Shown here one piece after another: positions 32,265-43,912 of a stretch of 64,000 bases of DNA. Within the stretch, counting starts at the first letter, position 1. Every line of letters starts with the position of its first letter. The notes under the pieces were generated by a model. That model was not told the origin of the DNA. It was given only the letters and a program-made list of their open reading frames with translations, and made no database searches. Origin of the DNA: the human T2T-CHM13v2.0 reference genome, Homo sapiens; assembly GCF_009914755.1 (NCBI RefSeq), contig NC_060945.1; one strand, written 5' to 3'. The translations under genes and the position numbers were made by a program.

Positions 32265-34109
32265 GCTTGCTCTGACACTCCTGAGCGGTGCAGCTGCAGT
32301 GCCCTGGACTCCTGCAACCGTTCACACTCCTCTTCATTAGGAGCCTGCATTTGTACATCACCACTGGAGCTTTTCCACCCATCGTCTCCCTCTTCTGGAT
32401 GCAGAACAGGCTCAGACAGGCCAAACAACTTGGCCAGTGCTGCATGGCACAGCCAGGTCCGCACTGACTGTCACGCCTCTGTTCCTGCCCTGGACGGTGT
32501 CTCAGGTAACACACTGCACTGCTCCCTGACACCATCTCCCCACTAGAACATGAACGCCCTGAAGCAAAGACATCTTCCTGGCCACGTGTTGACCTATGCA
32601 CGTGACACTGCCTACGGCGCTGAAAGGCCATCAGTTCGTCCTCTCTCTCCTGCCCCTGTGTGTCTACCCCAGTTTTCTCTCTTCAGGCTGGCCAGTGATG
32701 GAGACCATCCTAATTGTGCTGGATTTGAACCCTTCAGGCCTAGGCACAAAGAGAGACTCACGATTGTCTCAATGCTAGCTCTAAGCACCCAGGGCCATCC
32801 TGGGAGTCAGAATCCCGCCTGAGGTCCTGGAGTGGGTTGTGGGGGGGTGTGCTGTGTGCCTGTCACAGAGCACAGACAGACTGTTCCTGCTGTGTCACTG
32901 TGGGAGTTGGGAGTTGTCCTAGAGACAGTGGCACATTGTGAGCTGGGCAGGTCTCACACATGGTATCCACCACCATGGCAGCTGCTGACTGAATGGTTTG
33001 GCAACATCTGGTTTTTGCCACTCCAGTCTCATGTCTTCTTATTTTATTTTTAAAATATAGGGCAAAAAATATTATGTCTCAAATCACGGTATCACCGAAT
33101 ATTGGTCACCTCTTATTAGCAGTTTTATGCTCCTCCTGACGTTTGAGAAACAAGGAAATCAATAATCCACTTTAGGCTACAATCTAAAAAGTACCTGTGA
33201 GTGTCCTTTCTCAAATAGATTGGGCAGAATTAAAACAAAGCAAGATTGTTTAAAGCTACATTTTTAGTTGCACACAAGGACTATAGTCAAATAGGCTTCA
33301 AAAGCACAAAGGCTGTGGTCAGTCATCAGCCCTAGGACACCAGGACCAAGACCAGGCCACAGTCTCAGCACAGCAGGTTGGCAGCTCGCTCTGTAATTGA
33401 TGAGACAGAAATCTGAGCACACGGATTGCCCTGTGTGGCTGGAAAGGGAAAGGAAGGCTGTCCTGGCCACCGCGGCCCAGGGAGGCCAGCACACCCGTGC
33501 GCAGGTCACGTGACCCACTGCTCTGATCCCACCGTTCTAGCCACAGTCTGCCAGGCCCTGGGCATGACAGGAAGGGGGTTCACAGATCAGTGGCATTTAC
33601 ACGGGTAAGCTTTGAACACTGTCTTCAACTGAAAGGCCAGTGTGTGAACAGGCCGGGCAGCTGGACCACTCCGAGGCTGGCGCCTTCCCCTCCTTTCGGG
33701 CAGTTCCCAGAAGGCTCAAGACCACAGTTTGAAATCCACTTAATCTCTCGAGTCGGCCTGGGTCTATATCCTAAGACCGTGGAAATCATTTTGTGCCACC
33801 GTATCCTGTAGGCATTGGCAGGACCAGCGTAATTTTTAGTTCTTCTCGTGGGAGACAGTCACAGGGTCATGCCATTTAACTGCACTGAAGGGAAAACGTG
33901 GGAAATGGATTTTTGGTGCTGTGTAGACCACATTTCATAGCGGTTGGCATCTCACATGCTTATGCAAAGCCTAACTCCGCACCCTGGGGCAGACAGTGGG
34001 AGCCCAGCTGGATTCCTACACTCAAGCCCTCCAGCATCAGGTTTATTTTCCAGGACACCAGAGTGATTGTTTATTCCATAATTCCCACAAAGGAGACAGT
34101 AAACAACAG

Positions 34110-34602
34110 AACAGAGGTGGAGCGGGCACGGAAGGCCAGGAAGTGGATGGTGGCTGCCAGCACTTCTGTGGAGACCCAGGGCCCCCCTCCAGGAGCCCCG
34201 GTGTTCAACCTCCACAGTGAACAGGGGATGGATGGCTGAGATGTCCTCGAAATTTTTTTGGACTTCCTCAGGCGACCACAGGATTCCTTCTCAAAGAGCC
34301 TGATCTCAGCAGGCACCCGAATGGGCATCCTGGTGCTTCATGCTCTACAACAGCTGGGAACGCCATGTCCTGGCCCCAGGCGACTGGAAACTGCTTTCCT
34401 CCCCGACATCAGCACCAAGGGGAATGTTCCCAGTGCCATTCTTCCAAGTCAGGGAGAGCGTCACAATAGAAACCGTCTCTGTGGAGAGGATGGCACCTGA
34501 AGCCATGGAATAGGAAGGGAGCATCAGAGGCTGCTGGCTGGTCCTGCAGAGCCGCCTGAGAGGCCTGTGGGAGCAGCAGAGGGTCCCGGCCTTGGGCGCC
34601 AT
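34110..34602 (-). pseudogene. SSR4P1: Processed pseudogene of SSR4 (TRAP-delta)
   Basis: Intronless, frameshifted homology to SSR4 across several frames: PSYSMASGAILSTETVSIVTLSLTWKN (SSR4 [27 protein letters not shown]), KQFPVAWGQD (KQFPVTRGQD), EIRLFEKESCGRLRK (EVRFFDEESYSLLRK), EDISAIHPLFTVEVEHRGSWRG, GPWVSTEVLAA. Minus-strand AATAAA at 34070-34075 and 34042-34047. Confidence 0.92.
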
Positions 34603-35411
34603 CCGCTCTCTGCTGCTCTGGAGGGAGAAAAAGGACAAGTTGAAACTTGCACAAGCAGCCTCCATTCTGGGGAGTTCCCTTGTATTCCCCACACCAACCC
34701 GCACCTCAGCGAAGGCCTGTGGAAGACTTCTGCAGTGACAGCCCCGATGAACCATGCTTGCCGTGCCCGTCCCCTGTGCGGTGCCTCACGTCCACTCAGG
34801 CCCCGGCCATCTCACCCTCCTGGGGAGATGGAGGGAAGCACCATGGGGATTTGCTTTTTCTTGCTGCCGACGGAGCCCAGCCACCACGGGAGGGAGGCCC
34901 GGCCAGCCTGCGGTGGGTGGGTGACATGTGGCCCGGATCTGCCCGGGGCGCCTGCCTGTAAGTGGGCCCAGCAGACACCCCATGGAGCCGAGGCAAGCCG
35001 TCCCAGCTGAACCGGCTTAAGCTGCAGGCCCACAGAGTCATGAGCAGTGAAGAGAGGTTTTCGCCCTCTGAGGTTTGGGGTGGCCTGTTACACAGAAATA
35101 CACACAACGTCCTCAGGCACGTATCTCTTTAAGAATGTGTCCCGAGAAGGCGTCCCAGGAGTCTTGATTTTTATTTAGCCGTCCACGGTTGCCCCTTTGG
35201 GTGCTTCGCCTTCAGATGGGGTGAAGGGCTCACTTGTTAGCTGGCTGGCCCCAAAGACAGGCTTGTTTTCCACCAGGCAGTGACTGAAGCCGGCAGCCTG
35301 CTGCATACCGCGGGCCTTCCCCTGACCTGTCCGGGACTGCGGGCTGGCGGCTGACACCTGCGGAGTGCTTACCGCATACCAGGCTCCCAAACTTCCATCT
35401 GTGTTCGTCTT

Positions 35412-35606
35412 TTAAGTTTTGTTGTTTTCCAGAGTCGGAGTCTCAGTGTTGCCCGGGCCAGAGCGCAGCGGCCATTTATAGGCGCGGACCTCGGCCTCGC
35501 ACACCACAGCTCCAGCTCTGAGACACAAGCGACCCGCACCCCCCCACCGCCCAGCCCCAGCCTCCAGACTGGCTGAGATCACAGTGTGCGCCACCCCATC
35601 CCTGGC
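35412..35606 (-). mobile_element. FAM (fossil Alu monomer, 7SL-derived)
   Basis: Minus strand reads ggtggcgcacactgtgatctcagcc...cgcgcctataaatggccgctgcgctctggcccgggcaacactgagactccgactct plus an A-rich tail, the FAM/7SL 3' organisation. Confidence 0.75.
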
Positions 35607-36278
35607 TTGCGATGGTCTCTTACTCCCCACTTTACAAGGGAGGAAAGAGGCCGAGGGCAGAGTGGGCCGCCTGAGGTTTGGAGGCCAGGGCTAGTACAAC
35701 CTCAATTTGACCCTGGAACCTGCCGCTTCCCCCACCCAGGTGCGGGACCCACCCGCTTGTCCACACCTGGCTCTGCCCACCGCCCCCGGCTGCTCCTCTG
35801 GGCTCAGGTCGCCGCGGTCAGGAGCTGCCAAGTTTGCCTATCAAACTTTATCTTCGTGCAGAGAACTGCAGCCTGGAGCTGGTTATTCCGGTCAGTGAAA
35901 ACGTTGCATTTCTACATATGCTTATCATCATCTGTGTAAACATTTCTTGGTATAACTGTGGAACAGTCAGTAAATATAGATAAATCGAAGAGTAGGTCTA
36001 TTGCATATGCTATAAAAAAATGCTTTTACTATCAACCTAAAACAAACAAACAAACAAAAAAAATCAAACAAAACCACCATCACCTAAACGTTGGTAACTG
36101 GAGCAGCTGCTAGTGTCAGTGCGGACTAAACAGGAGACGGCGGGAACCGTGTCCAGCCAGGGTCCTGGGCCGCGACCTGGTTCTCCCGGAGTCTACAGTG
36201 AGGATGACGGGCGGGGAGAGGGGGCCGGCGGGACCCGCGTGTCCCAGGCAACTCCGGGAGAGGGAGAAGCAGGGGTGG

Positions 36279-36344
36279 CTCGGCGGGGGCTCGGCGGGGG
36301 CTCGGCGGGGGCTCGGCGGGGGCTCGGCGGGGGCTCGGCGGGGG
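36279..36344. repeat. Perfect 11-bp VNTR (CTCGGCGGGGG)x6
   Basis: Six identical units starting at 36279, 36290, 36301, 36312, 36323 and 36334. Confidence 0.97.
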
Positions 36345-36427
36345 CAGCGCCCGCTGCAGGGAGGAGCGCGGGGGCCCGGGAGCCTGGGCAGCACCGCGAG
36401 ACGCCACCTCCGCAAAACGCAAACGCC

Positions 36428-36545
36428 AATCGCCGGGCGCCTGCGGTCCCAGCTACCAGGGAGGCTGAGGCGGCAGGATCGCGTGAGCTCGGAGGTCCAC
36501 CGCGCTCCAGTCTGGGCGACAGTGAGACCCCGTCCCCAAAACGAA
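36428..36545 (+). mobile_element. CpG-rich Alu monomer (FLAM/FRAM-like) inside the CpG island
   Basis: gggcgcctgcggtcccagctaccagggaggctgaggcggcaggatcgcgtgagc...ctccagtctgggcgacagtgagaccccgtccccaaaa. Confidence 0.8.
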
Positions 36546-36862
36546 GGCGGGCAGAGTCTCCTCAGCCGCGCTCGGGCGGGCGGCGCCGCGACGCCAGGCC
36601 GGTCCCGCGCTCTCGCCCCACGCTCCGGAGCCGCCCAGCCGCGGTCTCTCAGCTCCGGCCGCGCTCCAGCCCCAACGGCCCCGCGCCCGTCCGCCGCAGG
36701 TGGTCGTGAGGGAGGTGCCACAGCTCCGGCTGCCCACGACAGACACGGGCGCCCCAGCGCGCGCACGTCCGGCGTCGCTGCGCCGCCCCCGCCCCCTCGG
36801 CGTGCGCGCGCCCGGCGGGCCGGCGGGGGCGGGGAGGGGGCGGAGCCGCCGGCGGCGGGGCT

Positions 36863-37076
36863 GAGGCGCTGAGGCGGCCGTGGCGGCGGCGGCGGCGGCG
36901 GCGGCAGCGGCGGCCAAGCGGCCAGGTTGGCGGCCGGGGCTCCGGGCCGCGCGAGGCCACGGCCACGCCGCGCCGCTGCGCACAACCAACGAGGCAGAGC
37001 GCCGCCCGGCGCGAGACTGCGGCCGAAGCGTGGGGCGCGCGTGCGGAGGACCAGGCGCGGCGCGGCTGCGGCTGAG
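36863..37076 (+). other. ADARB1: ADARB1 (ADAR2) first, non-coding exon (5'UTR); exact TSS uncertain
   Basis: Matches the recalled 5' end of ADARB1 mRNA (GAGGCGCTGAGGCGGCCGTGGCGGCGG...GCGGCTGCGGCTGAG); donor GAG|GTGAGG at 37076/37077; the adjacent SSR4 pseudogene fits the known gene order. Confidence 0.88.
36882..36914 (+). repeat. 5'UTR trinucleotide repeat (GGC)8 AGC (GGC)2
   Basis: Counted directly from the sequence. Confidence 0.97.
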
Positions 37077-37384
37077 GTGAGGGCGGCGCGGGGCCGCGGC
37101 GGCTCGGGCGGGCGCGGGCTCCGGACCCCGCGGTGGCGGCGTTTATGTAAGCGCCGGGCAGGGACTGGTGGTGGGGCCGGAGCTGCGGGCCGTCCCGGGA
37201 GCGGAGGGCGCCCGCGGAGAAGCGAGGGTGCCGCGGCACCGCCTCGCACCCACCCTCCTGGGTCGCCCGTCTGCTCCGGCGCTCGGCTCCCGGAGGAAGC
37301 TGCGCCCGGGCGGCCCCGCGTCCCCTCCCGAGGGCGCCGAGTCCGCGTGGGATGCGCCGCGCTGCGCCGCGGGGAGGGCAGGTG

Positions 37385-37735
37385 CGCCGGGACGAGGCTG
37401 CGCCCTGGGGACCGAGACTGCGTTTTGGGGAGGGGACGGTGTGCCCTGGAGATCGGAGGCTGCGCTGGGGACGAGGCTGCGCCCGGGGACCAGAGGCTGC
37501 CCCGGGTACAAGGTTGCGCCGGGGAACGGGAGGCTGCGTTGGCAACAAGGCTGCGCCTGGGGACGGTAGGCTATGTCCCTGGGGAGACGCTCCGCCCGGC
37601 ATGGGACGCTGCGCCGGGGGACGGCAGGCTGCGCCCGGGATGAGGCTGGGCCCGGGCAGGGGAGGCTGCCTTGGGAGGGGACGCTGTGCCACGGGAGTGG
37701 AGACTGCGTTGGGGACGAGTCTGCGCCCTGGACGG
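37385..37735. repeat. Degenerate ~20-bp GC-rich minisatellite, roughly 15-17 copies
   Basis: Recurrent gggacgaggctgcgcc(c)gg variants in tandem. Confidence 0.85.
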
Positions 37736-39666
37736 TCCTGCGTGTCCTTCCGAGGGCGCAGTGTCCGCGCGGGATGCTCTGCGCCGCGGGCGGCCCGGGC
37801 CAGGGAAGTTCCTGCGGGTGCCGGGCGTCTGCAGCGATCGGGAGCAATCTGGGGCAGTTGGGGGCCCGAGGTGACTTTTGACGTGTTCACATCAGAAGGA
37901 AAATTATTGCGTGGTGGATGGGTGCGAGGGAAGGTGTCAGATTGGGCTGTGGACGCTGAAACGTGTTGGAGTCCCGATTTACACGCTGGAAAACCTAACC
38001 TAAAACGTGTTCCTGTCCAGGTTTCTATGTCGGAGATCTGCACCGTGGTGTTTAGTTCCCAGTTAATATTTTTGGTCAGCAGGTTTGGGCTGTTACTTCT
38101 GATACAGGCATTTTACTTCCTTCTTACTAACCATTATTGCATTCCGTTCTCGAAGTATAACGAAAAGTGGCATGATATCAAACTTGTTTCTTTAACGTTT
38201 AACTCCATAATTAAGATGATAGAACCGTAGTTTTTTTAATTGAGAATACAAATATGTATTTAATCCTCTTTGTTTCCTCTTAAATTTTGCCGTATGTTTT
38301 ATTGCTTCGAAAGGTGCCACCCAGAGCTGCATTTTCCAAAACGCTAGGTTGTCTTAAGAGCAGTTGTTTCTAGGAGATAGAAAAGCTAATTGTCTTTTGA
38401 TGACCATCTTTTCCTTGGGGTTGAGACTGCTGTATCCTTTTTGCCTGCTGAGGGTTTCCCAGAGGGGAAAGGGAGAAGGAAGAAAGGATAAAAGCTTGGC
38501 TGATACAGTTCCTTCTTGGATAAGAGAATTAACTGTCTCTCATTGCGCGGTTCCTCCGGAGGACAGGGTCCAGTATGCATGGACAGCCACAACGGGGGCT
38601 CGGTAAGTATTTGATGAGACAGGCTGAGCTGGGTGCCTATATCTTGCCTGTGGTGGAGAGGATGAACTCACACAGACTCTGAAAGGAATGCATTGTCTGT
38701 GAGTGATGCCCTGTTAGATGTCTGAGGGTTCCTAAGACTGGGTATATCCCACTACATCTACATCACATTTGAAGCTGTAGTTGGAAAGGAAAAAAGGAGG
38801 CCCTCCTGCAGGGACAGGGGCTTAAAAATAATCGATCCAGCTCTGAGAAATTGATGACACATGTGTCTCTGGTGTGACGTGCTCATGCAGTTGTTACTGG
38901 GAGGCCAAGGGGGAAGGATTAGCTATGAAGTGATAACATCATCCACAAAAAACATCTTGGCTCAGAGGCTAATTTCACTTCCTCGTGAATTTATGTATTG
39001 TAAAACATTTGAATTCTTTTAGATTTTTGGAATAAGAATTTTTTTAACTTCTATTTGTCCAGTGAATGCATAAAACAAACTTAATCCATTTGACAAATAC
39101 TTGTCTGTGGCCTGTTATGTGCTAGGCCTTCCCTGTTTTAGGCCCTAGGAGATACAGTACTTAACAAGATAGGTAGAGATCAAAAATGCTTCTGGCATAA
39201 AGCAGTACATTTGTATTGATAGATTTAAAAAGATAAGCAAGCACACAGTACCTACAGAAAGGTAAAGCCTCATTCCACTCCATCCCTGGGCACTTGGTTC
39301 AAAGGCTGCACCCAATTGTGTATTGTCCTAGCAGGAGTCAAAGTGTGTATTGTATATGTTTTAATATATGACAAACCTTGCTATAGTGCATATTCTTACA
39401 CGTGGGTACAAGCAAAGCCTACTAATTAGTTATTATCAAAATTTCTTAGCTGTAAGTTTTACTTAAGAACTGGGTTTTATTCCCTTGAATGCTGTGATTA
39501 GCTCTGTGATCAAACAATATAATTCAAATAGGAGGTAGTTAACTTTGGAAAGAAATAGATGAAGTTACACATTTACCAGCCTATAAAAAAGTTTAGCAAA
39601 GTTATCAAGCTTAGTTTGAAACCAAAAAGCTCAGAGAGGTCCAATTTTATTAGAAAACTCAATGGT

Positions 39667-39978
<312 letters not shown>

Positions 39979-40579
39979 TCAGTGGTTTTCTGTGTCAACT
40001 TTCTAAAATAGGAATTTCTAAATCTGTAATTTGGTGTGATGGAAATGGTGTTAAAAAAAAACCCATATTATTTTGTATGTTCATAATATGTGAGGTAGGA
40101 AAAGCAAATGGGAAAATTAAAAATTGTCCAGTGAAATCATTAAGATTCCTTCCTTATTCCTTGAGTGACTTTTCTTTCCAAGTTGACAGCTTTTTATCTG
40201 GGGTGTGGACAGGGACAGCGCAGTAGCCCACAGAGGTCTTCGTGGCAGGGCTTACCGCACCTTCCATTTGCAGAGTTTTGCTTCATCCATAGCTTGACAG
40301 CTGTTGGGCTAGGGCCATTAATATCAAATTATCACAATTTTTTTTTTTTGGTAGTTTGATTAGTACTGCTTGCTGCACTTTTCCACCTGTATGCCTATAA
40401 GATGTCCTAGGCGTACACAAAGAAAAGTGACTTTGGTTTTAGGTTTAACGTCTTTGTGATGGAACAGGAAGGGGGATGAAAGTAACTCTGAGATACCTTG
40501 TATTTTTATTGGAAGTACAGTGAAATGGAAGCTCTACTTGCTTCTAGTTTGGTGATTTTGGAACCTGGTTCCATTTCAT

Positions 40580-42700
40580 TTGCTTGTTCATCCAACAGGC
40601 ATTCACCCATGCATCCTGGCCCAGGTACTGTTCTAGGTATTGGAGATTCAGGATGAGCCTGATGAGGAGAGTTCCTGCCCTCAAGCGGTTCATTTTCTTG
40701 GGAAGGAGGAGAGCAGTAAACAAGCATTTGGTGTCCTAACTGCTTCAAAGGGCAAATGAGGCAGGGTAGGTGAGAGAAGGTCAAATAGGTGGTGAGGATG
40801 GAGTGAGCTGGGCTGAGGTCACGGCAGCAGCAGCCTCTCAGGCACAGGGAACTCTCGGGTGAAAGTCCCTGAGCCTCCTTGTAGTATGGTGGTCACCTCA
40901 GGGAGGCCATTGCTGCCAGAGAGGCTGGGCGAGTGGTAGGAAGTGAGATGGGAGTGGAGGAGAGCTGCATCTTGGAGCACACAGGCTGTGGTAAGGAATT
41001 TAGATTTTAAGTTTGATGGGAAGCCTTAAGGGAGCCTTTCTTCCTTCCTTGCGAATGACATGATCTGATTTATCTTTAAAAAGTACCACTCTGGCTGTTG
41101 GGCTTACAATATGCCAGGCTGTTTTAAGAGCTTTACATATATTAATTCATTTATTCTTATGACAGTCCAAAAAGTAGGCATTATTATCATTATTCCCATG
41201 TTACAGGGGGGAATACCTAGGCACAGAGTGGTTAAGTGATTTACCCAAGGTCACACAGGAAGTGGCAATGGCAGGATGTACCCTTACCTCCTTACTGCAG
41301 CTTGCTTTTTGCACCTCCACTACTGCAGACTGGAGGAGGAATATCAGCAAGGAGATCAGTTAGACTTTTGTGAAAGCTGGGTGACTGTACCGGCACCTCA
41401 GACCAGGGCGGAAGTGGTGAGATCAGATTCAGCCTACTGAATTTCAGCATTTGTAAGATGCCATCATTTTTAAGTTGCATCATCATTTCTTATGCTGCTA
41501 ACAAAGGGAAAATGTAGCCAACTAGATTGTGACACAATGCTTTCTTGTTACCCAGCATTCATTTATACTCATTGAAAGAGCTTAGACTAAGCATTGACTT
41601 TTAAAATCATATAATTCATGCACTTTCATAAAAAAGGAAAATACAAGTAAAATAAAGTAATTCTGAAATTTCTTCACATCTAGAATCTGATTCTTCCAAC
41701 TCAGCTTTTGACTTGGCGTTGGTGCCAGGTATGAGATAGGGAAGTCTGGGAAGAGCCAGTGTTGGGATTTGAACATGTGGAGCTTGTGACTGGAAGGCAG
41801 CCCAGCTCAGCAGCTCCACTCAAGGGCCAGATCTGGAGGACGAGGGTTGGGTCATTGTGCAGCTACTTCCTAGATGATCTTGAGCAAGCAGTCTAATCTC
41901 TGTGCTTCAGTTTTCTCATCTATAAATTAGGAAGAATAAAAGCAACTTGTCAGGGTTGTTGAGTTGCTAATGTAAAGTACCTAAAATAGTACCTGACTAA
42001 CAGTATTTAATGGGGCTTACTTTGCTTATTATTTTTATGATTAGTTATCTGAGTAGAGAAAGGTGAATATGGATGGAAATTCAAGGTCAGGTTCAAGAAG
42101 AGGTTGGGGCCAAATATGTAAATTTGGGAGTCATTTGCATATTGCTGATCTATGAGGCATACAGTATGGATACAGAGGAGCAGGAGATGAGGAATGGCCT
42201 GGGAGCTTTTGGCAAGCGGTCCACATTGGGAGGGAGGGTCTAGCAACGCCATTGAAAAGGACTCTGTTTGAAGAAGGAAGAAACTAGTGAGAGTCTAGTG
42301 GCCTGGAAACCAAGACACCGAGGGGTTCTTTTCTTCTTATTCTTCGTGGGCTGGAGAGTTTCCTATTGGCTTTGATAAGAGGTGGTTGTGAGTGACCTTG
42401 ATAGGTTTGGAGTGGTGGGGAGAGGAAACAAATAGAGTAGAGGTGGGAACATCAGTGTAGACGACTCTCTAGAGGAGTTCTGTTAAAAGGGAAGAGTCAT
42501 GGGATGGTGGCTGGAGGGGACATGGGTACAGGAAGTTTTTAGTTGTATTTTTAAATGAGAGCGATGATAGCATGTTATGAGCTAATAGGAATGATCCAGT
42601 AGAGGGAAACATTTATAATATGCCAGGAAAGAGGATAATGTTGGAGCCAAGTCCTTGAGAAGGTGAGAGGGAGGCAGGAAGAGCAGGGATGCTCAGCTCT
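40580..42700. mobile_element. Cluster of L2 and MIR fragments
   Basis: L2 3'-end text (ttcatccaacaggcattc...ccaggtactgttctagg); MIR core (aggcacagagtggttaagtgatttacccaaggtcacacag ~41220; tgcttcagttttctcatctataaa ~41905). Confidence 0.6.
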
Positions 42701-43587
42701 AGAAGGGAGGCGGGACTTCAGGAGGGAGGCAGGACTTCTGCACGTGGGAGCCTGGACTCAGAAATATTCCTCAAGACATGCTGCCCTTTTGAAAGGAGGA
42801 TAGGAAATAAATCATGGTTTTGTCCTCAGTCCTAAAAAGTTCGGAATCTCACCCTAGGACTCAGGATCCAGCTTCTTACCAGCTTGTGCTGAACATGCCA
42901 TGGGGCGTACTTACGGAAAGATACATGTGGAAATGGAATTTTTTATTTATTTAAAAAATTCACTTTTCTCTAAAAGTATTGTTACCTGGAGGTTGGCACC
43001 TTTATTCACCAAATTCAGTACTCAGAGGACTAGAAGACTCGGTGCCTGATTTGTGCTTGATTTGCCTAGCTGGGAATTTCAGTTTTGCATTTAAGACGAC
43101 TCCCTCACCAACCCTACCCCCAGAGGAAAGCAGGTATTGTTGCTTTGGGCCTGTTGCATGTATATGTTTATGTTCCACTGGGTCAGCAGCATTCAGTGAA
43201 ACACAGTTGCCTGTTAACTTGGTAAAATATCTTAATTGCATGAGTTTTGATTTGTTTTTGTGATTATTTGATTTTTTCAGGTTTGGAGTTTCAGAACACC
43301 CATCTTCTCAGTAGTTCAGCCAATGCGATGAAATGTGAAGAAGCCTTCCCCAGCTTCCTTGCATTCTCTCCATCATCTGTGCAGTGGAGAGTAGTTCCCA
43401 CTGCTGTGGAAACATTTTCCCTTTGCTCTTTTCTCTCAGGGCAGGCTTTCCTGAGTGCCTGCTCTGTGTGAGTCATCGTGGGAGGATGCGGTGGAGAAGG
43501 ACAGGGAGGAGGTCTGTGCTTCTTTGAACTGACATTCTGGTGGAGAAACTAAACAGATCACAGAGGCAGACACCGTGCCTCACAACT

Positions 43588-43912
43588 ACACACGGACCCG
43601 GCTTATGATGGTTCCAGTAACAATTTTTGACTTGACTGTGGTACCCATACAGTCATTCTGTTTTTCACTTTTGGCATAGCATTCAATAAATTGCATGCGA
43701 TATTAAGTACTTTGTTATAAAATAGGCTTTGTATTAGATGATTTTGTTCAATTGTAGGCTAATGTGAGTGTTCTGAGCACCTTTTAGGTAGGCTAGGCTA
43801 AGCTTTGATGTTTGGTAGGGTAGGTGTATTGAATGCTTTTTCAGGTTAGGATGTCTTCAACTTGCGATGGGTTCATAGGATCGGAACTCCACCGTCAGTC
43901 AAGGAGCACCTG
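43588..43912 (-). mobile_element. MER47A-like Tigger DNA transposon
   Basis: Reverse complement of the recalled MER47 body (tgtaggctaatgtgagtgttctgagcac, taggctaggctaagct, ttgcgatgggtt, aaggagcacctg). Confidence 0.8.

Larger units (their letters stand above)
35300..37900. promoter_or_regulatory. ADARB1: CpG-island promoter of ADARB1, probably bidirectional with SSR4P1
   Basis: Very high GC and CpG density; GC boxes (ggggcggggaggggggcgg ~36826-36843) just upstream of exon 1; no TATA on the + strand. Confidence 0.9.

Noticed and set aside
34071-34755. SSR4-like ORFs as a functional CDS
   Set aside because: The homology is spread over different frames with stops, and the signal peptide and TM helix are damaged, so it is called a pseudogene.
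36113-38230. Long overlapping ORFs (198-464 aa) on both strands in the CpG island
   Set aside because: They are Arg/Pro/Gly/Ala-rich in all frames, as expected from stop-codon scarcity at very high GC plus tandem repeats. They ignore the splice donor and show no domain.
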